Both the position numbers and the translations under genes were made by a program. From IMG/VR virus record IMGVR_UViG_3300045988_037272, positions 1 to 42,899 of that record: 42,899 nt of DNA. One strand, 5' to 3'. The notes beneath the pieces are model-generated. The model did not search any database. It saw only the letters and a list, made by a program, of their open reading frames with translations, and had not been told where the DNA came from. This DNA is from a virus. This document shows positions 14,348 to 22,615 of this stretch, one piece after another. Each line of letters starts with the position of its first letter. Position 1 is the first letter of the stretch.

Positions 14348-14813
14348 TTCCGCGCTTGCGGAGTGCGTAGACGCCGAGACCGGCGAAATCCTTGACGTCG
14401 AAAAGCTTTTGGAGCTGAACATGGCGAGAGAGCAGAAGATCGAGAACATCGCGCTTTGGATTAAAAACGACGTTGCCGAAGCAAAGGCGATCCGCGAAGA
14501 AGAGAAGACCCTTGCAGCGCGCAGACAGGCTTTAGAGCGCGCGGCAGAGAGCAAGAAAAAATATCTCGATTCCGTGCTAAACGGCGAGAAGTTTTCGACT
14601 CCCAGGTGTTCCATCAGCTATCGCAAAACTACGAGCGTTGAGGTCTCCGACATGGGCGCTGTGGTGGCGTGGATGCTTGCCAATGGGCATGACGGCGAGG
14701 TTACATACAACGCCCCCACGGTGAGCAAGACCGACCTTGCCCCGCTGCTGAAAAACGGCGCTGAAATCGACGGTGCGACGCTCGTACAGGGCATGAGCAT
14801 GGGGGTAAAGTGA
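14328..14813 (+). CDS. Siphovirus Gp157-family protein
   Basis: The overall pattern (N-terminal LYQI...E, IENIALWIKN..AEAKAIREEEK.LAARRQALE, C-terminal GA.LVQG.S) matches PF05565 as I remember it. Confidence 0.75.
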   Translation: MNLYQIDSALAECVDAETGEILDVEKLLELNMAREQKIENIALWIKNDVAEAKAIREEEKTLAARRQALERAAESKKKYLDSVLNGEKFSTPRCSISYRKTTSVEVSDMGAVVAWMLANGHDGEVTYNAPTVSKTDLAPLLKNGAEIDGATLVQGMSMGVK

Positions 14814-15580
14814 TGGAGTACAACTTTGGCGAAAACGAAGTGGAATACAGCCAAAAGCAGGGGAAGAAAATTCCCGTTTGGCAATCTGACAAGTACAAGG
14901 AGAGCAAGAAGAAAGCTTGCGAGATCATCGAAAGCGGGAAGTATGGACTTTCCCCCGCAGATTTTTGGATTCTGATGAACGAGACGAAAAGCGGCAAAAT
15001 GGGCTACACAGGTTTGATTATCTCTCACAACGGTTGCTTGAAAATCAACGATAAGTTGGAAAAGCCGTTTAATCCGATGTCTGTCACTGAGGACAAATGC
15101 GGATACGGCGGCGCGCTGGTGTTTACTTATTGCGATAAAGATCAGGGGTTATATGAGGTGGGCGAAGTCACGCAGAAAAACTGCAAGAACGATTACCCTT
15201 ATGCGATGGCATTTAAGCGAATGTTTGACCGCGTTGTTTTGAAACTCTCAAAACTGGCGTATTCCGGCATTTACAGTGAAGCAGAAAGCGATACATTCCG
15301 CGACCCGGTTGATGACACCAGAACCCCGACCAATGGCAAATCAGAAAACCCACCTAAGCAGGAGAAGAAACCGAGCAAGGAAGAGATGGACGAATTTAAC
15401 GCGCAGTACAAGCGCGAGGTCGAGAAAAACACCTGCAAGGACTGCGGCAAGCCTATCTACCCGGTGACGCACGGCGGCAAGAAATATTCTGTTGCAGATG
15501 TCGCCAAGAACGCGAAGAAAACTTACGGTGAGCCGCTCTGTTGGGCGTGCATGATGGCAAGGAGAAAAGCAAATGAATGA
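14813..15580 (+). CDS. Early protein with C-terminal CxxC..CxxC zinc ribbon; possible recombination/replication role
   Basis: TGATG overlap. NCKNDYPYAMAFKRMFDRVVLKL motif. The position between Gp157 and SSB suggests the function, which is inferred. Confidence 0.6.
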   Translation: MEYNFGENEVEYSQKQGKKIPVWQSDKYKESKKKACEIIESGKYGLSPADFWILMNETKSGKMGYTGLIISHNGCLKINDKLEKPFNPMSVTEDKCGYGGALVFTYCDKDQGLYEVGEVTQKNCKNDYPYAMAFKRMFDRVVLKLSKLAYSGIYSEAESDTFRDPVDDTRTPTNGKSENPPKQEKKPSKEEMDEFNAQYKREVEKNTCKDCGKPIYPVTHGGKKYSVADVAKNAKKTYGEPLCWACMMARRKANE

Positions 15581-15905
15581 CCTTGTCACTGAGATCAAAG
15601 ACCGTTGCCGTCTGCTTGATGTTGCGGTCAGTGAATCGAAAAAGCGCGGGCAGAAATACGCGGAAGCGGAACAGGCTTACCGCGTAGCCCTCGCAAAAGC
15701 GATTCTTTCGGCTCGAGACAACGGGACGCCGGTAACGATCATTTCCGACGTATGCCGAGGCAGCGCGGAGATTGCAAAGCTCAGATTTGACCGCGACTGC
15801 GCCGAGGTAGTTTACAAGTCCGCGCAGGAAGCCATTAACTCGATGAAACTGCAAATCCGATTGCTGGACAACCAGCTTGAACGGGAATGGGGTGCGGCGA
15901 AATGA
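15573..15905 (+). CDS. Hypothetical early protein (110 aa)
   Basis: Track ORF overlapping both neighbours by a few nt. Confidence 0.65.
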   Translation: MNDLVTEIKDRCRLLDVAVSESKKRGQKYAEAEQAYRVALAKAILSARDNGTPVTIISDVCRGSAEIAKLRFDRDCAEVVYKSAQEAINSMKLQIRLLDNQLEREWGAAK

Positions 15906-16201
15906 GTAAAAGCATCATGCAGGGCAAAAAAGAGTGCTACATGAGCGCGTCTACAGAAAATCTCGCAAGGCACCATATTTACGGAGGTGGGCGTCGTCAG
16001 TTGTCCGATGTTTGGGGCTGCTGGGTATGGCTGCGCGCCGACTGGCACAACATGGCCGACTACGGCGTGCATGGGAAGAACGGCCACGCGCTGGATATGC
16101 GGCTGAAACGCGAGTGCCAGAAGCGTTTCGAAGAACTTTATGGACATGACACTTTCATGGCGGTATTCAAAAAGAACTATTTGGAGGATGAATCATGCTG
16201 A
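15902..16201 (+). CDS. Conserved phage protein (HHIYGGGRR..S motif)
   Basis: ATGA overlap; SD GGGGTG. LARHHIYGGGRRQLSDVWG...VHG.....LKRECQKRFEE resembles a recurrent Firmicutes-phage family of unknown function. Confidence 0.6.
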   Translation: MSKSIMQGKKECYMSASTENLARHHIYGGGRRQLSDVWGCWVWLRADWHNMADYGVHGKNGHALDMRLKRECQKRFEELYGHDTFMAVFKKNYLEDESC

Positions 16202-16596
16202 ACAGAATTTGCATTATGGGGCGCATTACGCGCGATCTAGAACTGCGGCGCACGCAGGACGGCACGGCGGTCACGAGCTTTACCGTCGCCGTCGATGACG
16301 ATTTCAAAAGTAAGGCAACCGGCGAGAAGAAAACCTATTTCCTCGACGTGGTAGCGTGGAGACAGGCAGCCGAGTTTGCCTTCCAGCATCTCTGCAAAGG
16401 CCGCATGGTCGTGGTCGAGGGCAAGCTCACCGTCCGTGACTGGACTGACAAAGACGGCAATAAGCGCCGCAACGCGGAGATCATCGCCGACAACATCTAC
16501 TTCGGCGACAGCAAGAAAGATAACGAGCCTCGATATGATGCATCCCGCCAAGAGTATGCCGAAGTAGATGACGAGGCTGGCGAGCTTCCATTTTAA
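16195..16596 (+). CDS. ssb: Single-stranded DNA-binding protein
   Basis: OB-fold pattern MLNRICIMGRITRDLELRRTQDG.AVTSFTVAV...YFLDVVAWRQAAEF and an acidic C-terminal tail DDEAGELPF. Confidence 0.9.
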   Translation: MLNRICIMGRITRDLELRRTQDGTAVTSFTVAVDDDFKSKATGEKKTYFLDVVAWRQAAEFAFQHLCKGRMVVVEGKLTVRDWTDKDGNKRRNAEIIADNIYFGDSKKDNEPRYDASRQEYAEVDDEAGELPF

Positions 16597-16608
16597 GGCG
16601 GGGCTTAG

Positions 16609-17307
16609 ATGGCAAGAAACTATGCAGCACTCCCCTATGATTACTTAGAGGAGATGGATGCGCTCAACGATGCAGAGTTCGGTCGGCTAACGCGGGCATT
16701 GCTGGTTTACAGCATGACGGGAGAGCAGATAGCGCTCTGTGGCAATGAGAGATTCTATGTCAAGCGCATGATGGCGCAGGAAGACCGCTTTAAGGCAAGC
16801 TACGACGATATCGCCACAACAAGAAGTGAAGCTGGTAAGGCGGGGGCTGCCGCGAGATGGCAAAATGGCAAACGCATTTTTGCTAATGGCAAAGATAGCA
16901 AAGCCATGTCTGCTAATGGCAAAAATGGCAATACCGAAACCAATACCGAAACCAATACCGAAACCAATATCCAGCTATCTAACGATAGCAAGGGAGATTA
17001 TTGCGCTGGGCCGCAAGCGGCTGACGCGCCGCCGGTGATTTCTTTGCCGCTGAATGACGGGACTTTTTTCGACGTGTCGGAGAACGACAGGGCCAAATGG
17101 TCGCAGCTCTATCCGAACGTTGACGTTCTGCAACAGCTCAGAAACATGGCGGGATGGTGCGATTCGAACCCTACCAAGCGAAAGACACGCGGAGGGATTA
17201 AGCGTTTCATCACCGCTTGGCTTGCCAGAGAGCAGGACAAGGGCGGCAAAGCGCCGCAGAATAAGCCGTTTGTCTACGACTACGGCAACACGGAGGGAAG
17301 CCTATGA
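16609..17307 (+). CDS. Replication initiator/replisome organizer (DUF1376/YdaU-like N-terminal domain)
   Basis: YDYLEEMDALNDAEFGRLTRALLVYSMTGE pattern. Low-complexity linker encoded by iterons. Lies directly upstream of the DnaC-like loader. Confidence 0.65.
   Translation: MARNYAALPYDYLEEMDALNDAEFGRLTRALLVYSMTGEQIALCGNERFYVKRMMAQEDRFKASYDDIATTRSEAGKAGAAARWQNGKRIFANGKDSKAMSANGKNGNTETNTETNTETNIQLSNDSKGDYCAGPQAADAPPVISLPLNDGTFFDVSENDRAKWSQLYPNVDVLQQLRNMAGWCDSNPTKRKTRGGIKRFITAWLAREQDKGGKAPQNKPFVYDYGNTEGSL
16856..16970 (+). repeat. Iteron cluster inside the initiator gene: ATGGCAA x5 (16856-16931) and 12-bp ataccgaaacca x3 (16931-16966)
   Basis: Read directly. Encodes the NGK...TETNTETNTETN linker. 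Confidence 0.8.
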
Positions 17308-18128
17308 ACGTTGACGCATTGATCGACAGCATCGCGAAAAAGACCGAGCCGGTACGCTCGCCCGTCGACTATGAGAAAGACGGGCTGCTGTACTGCGGCC
17401 ATTGCAACACGCCGAAGCAGTGTCGCATCCCCATCGGCGGGGACGTCCGCCTTGTCGGGTGCCAGTGCGCTTGTGCGGCGCGAGAGTACGAGGCGGAAAA
17501 GAAAGCTCGCGCTGATCGCGAGAAGCGCTTGCGCATCGAAACGCTGCGTGCCGACGGAATCCGTGACAAGAGCCTTACGGCGTGCCGGTTCGACAAGGCA
17601 ACGATGAGCGAAGAGATCGTCAAGTGCAAGCGCTATGCCGACGCATGGGACGATATGCGGCGCGAGAACAGCGGCCTGTTGCTGTGGGGCAACACCGGCA
17701 ACGGCAAGACTTTCGCGGCGGCGTGCATCGCCAACGAACTGATTGACCGCGGCATTCCGGCGATGATTACGAGCTTCCCTCGAATACTCAACGCGGGATA
17801 CGACAAGCAGGAGATCATTGAGCAGGTGCGTTACTACCCGCTTCTGGTGATTGACGATCTTGGCGCGGAACGCAGCAGTGAGTACGCGATGGAAACGGTC
17901 TACACGGTCATCGACGAGCGCTACAAGGCCAAGAAGCCGCTGATCGTCACCACAAACCTGACGCTTGACGAGCTGTGCAAGCCGAAAAACATGGACTACC
18001 AACGCATCTATGACCGCGTGATCGAGATGTGCACGCCGCTGGTGTTCAAAGGAGATAATCTGCGGCGTGACAAGGCAAATAAGCGGTTGCGGTACGTCAA
18101 ATCGGTTTTGGAGGGGAAAGGGGATTAA
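17304..18128 (+). CDS. DnaC/IstB-like AAA+ helicase loader
   Basis: Walker A GNTGNGKT and Walker B LLVIDDLG, with an N-terminal Cys cluster. Confidence 0.85.
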   Translation: MNVDALIDSIAKKTEPVRSPVDYEKDGLLYCGHCNTPKQCRIPIGGDVRLVGCQCACAAREYEAEKKARADREKRLRIETLRADGIRDKSLTACRFDKATMSEEIVKCKRYADAWDDMRRENSGLLLWGNTGNGKTFAAACIANELIDRGIPAMITSFPRILNAGYDKQEIIEQVRYYPLLVIDDLGAERSSEYAMETVYTVIDERYKAKKPLIVTTNLTLDELCKPKNMDYQRIYDRVIEMCTPLVFKGDNLRRDKANKRLRYVKSVLEGKGD

Positions 18129-18131
18129 ACC

Positions 18132-18722
18132 ATGAAAATTGTAATCATGGACACCAACGTGTTCAACACGATCATCGCCGCCGTAAAAGGGGCGGTATCA
18201 GCGAGCGAGAGAAAGCCGATGTACAAGAATATCCGGCTGGAATTCCGCAAGGAGAACAATGCGGTTACGGCTATTGCCACAGACGGTTTCCGGCTTTTTG
18301 TGGAGCACGCGACCTGTTGCGAGGTCGAAGAGGATTTCGATTGCTACATCAAGCCGAGCGTCCACCTGCCACGCGGTAATTTCATGCGCTTGGAGCTGAA
18401 AAAACGGGACGAGACGGAGAGCGTGGTTGAGATTGAATGCCTCGGCTGCATCTTCGGCTTCGTTCAGCCGACCGGGGCGTTTCTGGATTGGGGAAAAGTC
18501 CTGCCCGATTCGCCGACATTCCGTATCGGCGTGAATGCCGAGTATCTTCTCTCGGCGTTGCAGGCGGCAAAGGCCAGCACCGGCGGCGCTTTCAAGCAGC
18601 CTGCTATTCTGGAATTCCGCGGGCCGATTGGCCCCATTACGATCAAGACCAACCGTGAGGACGTCAAAATGCTCCTTCCGGTGCGAATCAGGGAGGCCGA
18701 CGATGGCGCTGACGTCAGCTGA
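18132..18722 (+). CDS. Half-size DnaN (beta sliding clamp)-like protein, two clamp-type domains, 196 aa
   Basis: AIATDGFRLFV parallels the ATDGHRLA motif. FRIGVNAEYLLSALQA.....ILEF.....ITIKT.....MLLPVRI parallels DnaN domain III (IGFN..YL.D.L......MPMRL). Confidence 0.6.
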   Translation: MKIVIMDTNVFNTIIAAVKGAVSASERKPMYKNIRLEFRKENNAVTAIATDGFRLFVEHATCCEVEEDFDCYIKPSVHLPRGNFMRLELKKRDETESVVEIECLGCIFGFVQPTGAFLDWGKVLPDSPTFRIGVNAEYLLSALQAAKASTGGAFKQPAILEFRGPIGPITIKTNREDVKMLLPVRIREADDGADVS

Positions 18723-19149
18723 TCTTGCACGGCTGGGGCCCGCGGCGCAGAAGCAAGTGCTTAATAAGCTGGCGGGCGCGCAGCAGACAAAGAAGAGCAA
18801 GTATGGCAATCGCAAGGTCGTGCGCGACGGCATCAAGTTCGATTCCGAACGAGAGGCGGCACGATTCTCCGAGTTGAAAGTGCTGCGCGCAATGGGCAAG
18901 ATTCGCGACCTGCGGCTGCAAGCCAATTTCACCCTCGTGGATGGCTATAAGACCATCGAGGGCGAGCGCATCAAGCCGATGGTCTACCGCGCGGATTTTA
19001 CCTACGAGCGGGCAGTCGAGCCGGACTGCAACGGCACGGTTTACTGGTTGCGCGAGGTCGAAGACGCGAAGGGCGCGAAAACAAAGGACTATCTGCTGAA
19101 AAAGAAGCTGATGCAGGACAAGTATAACATCACGATCCGCGAGGTGTGA
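18703..19149 (+). CDS. DUF1064-family protein (putative structure-specific nuclease/resolvase)
   Basis: ATG 18703 follows GGGAGG. KYGNRKVVRDGIKFDSEREAARFSELK....GKIRDLRLQ..F.L.......YRADF.Y........EDAKG..TKDY.LKKKL. Confidence 0.7.
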   Translation: MALTSADLARLGPAAQKQVLNKLAGAQQTKKSKYGNRKVVRDGIKFDSEREAARFSELKVLRAMGKIRDLRLQANFTLVDGYKTIEGERIKPMVYRADFTYERAVEPDCNGTVYWLREVEDAKGAKTKDYLLKKKLMQDKYNITIREV

Positions 19150-19150
19150 T

Positions 19151-19351
19151 ATGGCAGCATTTGAGCATTGCCACTTCTGCAAGCCGCCTGTGAGGCATCC
19201 GGGCTGCCACAGCGAATGCCCGCACTATCAAGCGGATATCGACCGCTATTACGCGGCGAAAGCCGTGGAGGCGCGGCAGTTGCAGGAGAAAGACGATTAT
19301 CTGTCTGCGCGCAAATTCAAGACGCGGCGCATGCAGGACTTGAAAAAATAA
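19151..19351 (+). CDS. Small Cys/His-rich protein
   Basis: SD GAGGTG. HCHFC....HPGCHSECPH. Confidence 0.6.
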   Translation: MAAFEHCHFCKPPVRHPGCHSECPHYQADIDRYYAAKAVEARQLQEKDDYLSARKFKTRRMQDLKK

Positions 19352-19367
19352 AAGGGAGCAAGAAAAG

Positions 19368-19814
19368 ATGTTGACTTCAAAGGAGCTGGGAGAACGACTC
19401 AGAAATATTCGTAAAATCAAAAATATCAGCCAATACCGCATGGCGGAGTTGATGGACTGTGACTGCTCGTCCATTGGGAGGCTGGAAAGCGGTAAAAATT
19501 ACCCGTTGATGGGGACGCTGTACAAATACAGCGAAGCCGTTGGCGTTCCGGTGAGTGACATTCTGGCAGAATCGCCGACGCCGAAAAACGACATGTTGTC
19601 ACCGGAAGAGATCGGCAAGAACATCAAGAGATGGTCTATGCTGCGCGGCATTAGCATTCGAAAGCTCGCAGAAAAGGCGGGACTGGGACATACCAGCGTG
19701 CAAAACATCAGAGAGGGGCGCTGCGTGAGTTCCATGCTGACGTACTGGTATATCGCCAAAGCATTGGACGTGACCGTGGGGACGCTGCTCGGCGAGACAG
19801 GAGGGGTGGAATGA
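19368..19814 (+). CDS. Regulator with two XRE-type HTH domains
   Basis: Two HTH_3-like units (LGERLRNIRKIKNISQYRMAELM...; IGKNIKRWSMLRGISIRKLAEKAG...). Confidence 0.75.
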   Translation: MLTSKELGERLRNIRKIKNISQYRMAELMDCDCSSIGRLESGKNYPLMGTLYKYSEAVGVPVSDILAESPTPKNDMLSPEEIGKNIKRWSMLRGISIRKLAEKAGLGHTSVQNIREGRCVSSMLTYWYIAKALDVTVGTLLGETGGVE

Positions 19815-20038
19815 TGAAAGCTGTGCCATTTAAGACGGTGGCGTATCCACAGCTCAAAAAAGCCTTGCAGTCATCGGGCATGACACCACCGGAGTTGAGC
19901 AAGAAGCTCGGCGTTTCCCCGCTCTGCGTGTGGCGATGGACAACGGGGAAGAACGAATTCAGCATCGGCGTTATCAAGGCGATCCTTGCGGTGACTGGGC
20001 TGACATTTGAAGAGGCTTTCGGGGAGGTGCGCGCATGA
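19811..20038 (+). CDS. Small HTH protein (paralog 1)
   Basis: Y.QLKKAL..SGMT..ELSKKLGVSP..VWRW..G........ILAVTGLTFEEAFGE. Confidence 0.65.
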   Translation: MMKAVPFKTVAYPQLKKALQSSGMTPPELSKKLGVSPLCVWRWTTGKNEFSIGVIKAILAVTGLTFEEAFGEVRA

Positions 20039-20280
20039 GCAAAATCGCGAGACCGAAAACGCCGTTTGAGTTCTGCACTTATCCGGTGCTCAAGGAGGCG
20101 CTGGGAAAGATGAATTACAATCAAACCGAACTGGCGCAATCCCTCGGCACGTCGCAGTTTACGGTGTCGGCGTGGGCACGTGGCGACAGAGATGTGACGG
20201 TGCGGTTGCTGCTGGCGCTGGAAGATTTGACGGGGATGACGTTCCGGGAGCTGTTTGGGGAATGCGAGGGGAGAAGATGA
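20035..20280 (+). CDS. Small HTH protein (paralog 2)
   Basis: Same architecture as 19811..20038: YPVLKEALGKMNYNQTELAQSLGTSQFTVSAWARG......LLALEDLTGMTFRELFGE. Confidence 0.65.
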   Translation: MSKIARPKTPFEFCTYPVLKEALGKMNYNQTELAQSLGTSQFTVSAWARGDRDVTVRLLLALEDLTGMTFRELFGECEGRR

Positions 20281-20960
20281 AAGTCTTAGTAGCCTGCGAG
20301 GAATCGCAGGAAGTCTGCAAGGCGTTCCGCGAGCTGGGGCATGAGGCATATTCCTGCGACATTCAGGAGCCGTCCGGCCGACATCCGGAGTGGCATATTT
20401 TAGGCGACGCGCTCAAGGCCATTGAGGAGGGGCAAGTGGTTACCATGGACGGGCAACTGCATGACGTCGGCAGGTGGGACTTGCTGATCGCGCACCCGCC
20501 GTGCACATATCTGACAGCAAGCAGCGCCGTCCGGCTGTTCAACTCAGATCATACCATCAAAGACTATGGCAGAGAGCAAAAGGGGTGGGAAGCGAGACAT
20601 TTTTTCTTGAGTATGTTGTCTTGCGGGATCGAAAGAATCGCAGTAGAAAACCCAGCCCCGCTACGATGGTTCAAACTGCCAAAGTATAGCCAGATCATAG
20701 AACCTTACATGTTCGGCGATCCGTGGAAAAAGCGGACATGCCTCTGGTTGCGCGGCTTGCCTGATTTGGTCGAGACCAACGTGGTTGAGCCAAAGGGACT
20801 GTGGGTGGGAAGCACATCGGGGCGTGACGGATGTACCGGACGGATCAAGTCTGGATATACGTTGTCGTCACATAGGGATGCGAAGACCCGCGCAAAGACC
20901 TTCCCCGGCATCGCCCGAGCCATGGCGGAGCAATGGGGCGGAGACGTTAGGGAGGAATGA
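20277..20960 (+). CDS. Compact C5-cytosine DNA methyltransferase-like protein (227 aa)
   Basis: ATGA overlap. LLIAHPPCTYLT (motif IV PC), IAVENPAP (motif VI ENV-like) and C-terminal TFPGIARAMAEQW. I see no FxGxG motif I and no long target-recognition domain. Confidence 0.6.
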   Translation: MKVLVACEESQEVCKAFRELGHEAYSCDIQEPSGRHPEWHILGDALKAIEEGQVVTMDGQLHDVGRWDLLIAHPPCTYLTASSAVRLFNSDHTIKDYGREQKGWEARHFFLSMLSCGIERIAVENPAPLRWFKLPKYSQIIEPYMFGDPWKKRTCLWLRGLPDLVETNVVEPKGLWVGSTSGRDGCTGRIKSGYTLSSHRDAKTRAKTFPGIARAMAEQWGGDVREE

Positions 20961-21148
20961 CCGTGTACATCGGCGAACCATTTAGCTGGAAGCCTGCCTC
21001 GTTTGAAGGCAGCAACGGCATTATGAGCGTGACCACGAAAGAGACGACTGCGCACGGGCGCGTCGTCTACATCAACGAGGCGCACCGCTACTTTACGGCG
21101 GAGGCCGATATCAACGGGAATAAGCTCAGAGAGAGCTTCAAATTTTGA
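20957..21148 (+). CDS. Hypothetical protein (63 aa)
   Basis: ATGA overlap with the upstream gene. Confidence 0.55.
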   Translation: MTVYIGEPFSWKPASFEGSNGIMSVTTKETTAHGRVVYINEAHRYFTAEADINGNKLRESFKF

Positions 21149-21158
21149 GGAGGTAAAG

Positions 21159-21476
21159 ATGGACGCTGTTGAATTTGTCGAGCAGTGGAGACGCATGGAT
21201 AAAAACGGCTACAGAAAATATAGTATTTTCAACGATTCCCCAGAGGACGTTATTGCCGAAGTTGAGGAGTGGGCAAAGATGAATCCTGTCAAGACGCGGC
21301 AGAGCGTGTTTTTGAAGCAGTGGCCGAATGCTGCTATTAGTGATGACGGACTGCCAGATGTCGCGCCGTGTCAGCTATGTGTCGGGTTGACTCATGGTGT
21401 ATCCATAGAAGATTGTGAGAACAGAGGATTATGTGTTGAATGCCGCCGCAAGTTCTGGTTGCAGGAGGTGGAGTAA
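21159..21476 (+). CDS. Hypothetical Cys-containing phage protein (105 aa)
   Basis: SD GAGGAGG. C-terminus C.LC.......C...GLCVECRRKFW. Confidence 0.65.
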   Translation: MDAVEFVEQWRRMDKNGYRKYSIFNDSPEDVIAEVEEWAKMNPVKTRQSVFLKQWPNAAISDDGLPDVAPCQLCVGLTHGVSIEDCENRGLCVECRRKFWLQEVE

Positions 21477-21937
21477 TGGTTTCGGACGAAGCATTGAAAA
21501 AGCTGCAAGAGCAGATCGCAGCGTGGCCGATGACGCAGCGGTTCGTGGTGCAGCAGCTCATCGAGGACTACCGGAGGAATCGAGAGGACCTGCGCGCCTA
21601 TAAGGACACGGGGTTTGAGCCAGAGGAAGTAACCGCGTTGGGAAACCTGTTTGATTACGCGCTGGAAGAATCGAAAACGCTGACGGAGCAACTTGAATTG
21701 CTCAAGCGTCTGCGCGAGCTGGCCGAGGCCGACAGGGAGGGGCGGCTGGTGGTGCTGCCGTGCAAGGCGGGCGATACGGTATACCGAATTTTTAACCCTC
21801 CATCCCGTGAGCCTGTAATTTCAGCGCACACACTCATGTCCGTTGATTACATTGTTCGATGGATTGACAAGTTCGGCAAGACTGTATTCCTCACCCGTGA
21901 GGAGGCGGAGAAAGCCTTAAAAACAAAGGAGGGGTAA
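21476..21937 (+). CDS. Hypothetical phage protein (153 aa)
   Basis: TAATG coupling. GRLVVLPCKAGDTVY motif, common in Firmicutes-phage proteins of unknown function. Confidence 0.65.
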   Translation: MVSDEALKKLQEQIAAWPMTQRFVVQQLIEDYRRNREDLRAYKDTGFEPEEVTALGNLFDYALEESKTLTEQLELLKRLRELAEADREGRLVVLPCKAGDTVYRIFNPPSREPVISAHTLMSVDYIVRWIDKFGKTVFLTREEAEKALKTKEG

Positions 21938-21938
21938 T

Positions 21939-22445
21939 ATGCCGCATGGTAGCGCAAGTCAGTCTGGCGAGCATAATGGCAACTATAAGCATGGTGGGAA
22001 AGGAACAAAACTATACAACGTCTGGCGCGCTATGCGTAAAAGATGCTCCCTTAAGACTGATGCGCATTATAAGCGATACGGGGGCCGAGGTATCTCGGTA
22101 TGCGAAGATTGGCAAAGTTTTTTAGCGTTTAAACAGTGGGCGAATGAGAACGGGTATAAAGAAGGCCTTACCATTGACAGGATAGATAATAATGGGGATT
22201 ATTGCCCAGAAAATTGTCGTTGGGTTGACAGAAAAACTCAGGCGAACAATTTGGAAGTGACTGTGAAAATTAAAGTAATAGATACCGAAAAGACGTTGCA
22301 TGAGTGGGCTGACTTTTTAGGTATAAACCCGTATACGTTATATGATAGGCTGAGGGCTGGATGGCCGCCAGAACGTGCTCTTTTTGAACGTGTAAGTTTA
22401 AATAAATATGAGCACCAAAAGAAAGCATTGGAGGCGATGAAATAG
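21939..22445 (+). CDS. Free-standing HNH/AP2-associated homing-endonuclease-like DNA-binding protein
   Basis: SD AAAGGAGGGG. LYNVWRAMRKRC.....HYKRYGGRGISVCEDW..F..F..W....GY..GLTIDRIDNNGDY.PENCRWV....Q.NN. AT-richer than the flanks. Confidence 0.6.
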   Translation: MPHGSASQSGEHNGNYKHGGKGTKLYNVWRAMRKRCSLKTDAHYKRYGGRGISVCEDWQSFLAFKQWANENGYKEGLTIDRIDNNGDYCPENCRWVDRKTQANNLEVTVKIKVIDTEKTLHEWADFLGINPYTLYDRLRAGWPPERALFERVSLNKYEHQKKALEAMK

Positions 22446-22615
22446 TGGATTGCTTTAATTATTCATGCCCTTTTCGAGAAAACACGTCAAGTAGTTGCAA
22501 TAGGTGTGAGTGTGTAGCCTGTCAAAACAGAAGTGAGGCTGTGACATATATTGCAAGCAACCGCACATTGACAGAGGCGGATATAAGAGCATTGGAGGCG
22601 AAGAAGAATGAGTAA
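22445..22615 (+). CDS. Possible small Cys-rich protein (56 aa, GTG start)
   Basis: GTG overlaps the upstream TAG and the stop overlaps the next ATG. C..SC......SSC.RC.C..C. Not in the track; weak call. Confidence 0.35.
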   Translation: MDCFNYSCPFRENTSSSCNRCECVACQNRSEAVTYIASNRTLTEADIRALEAKKNE

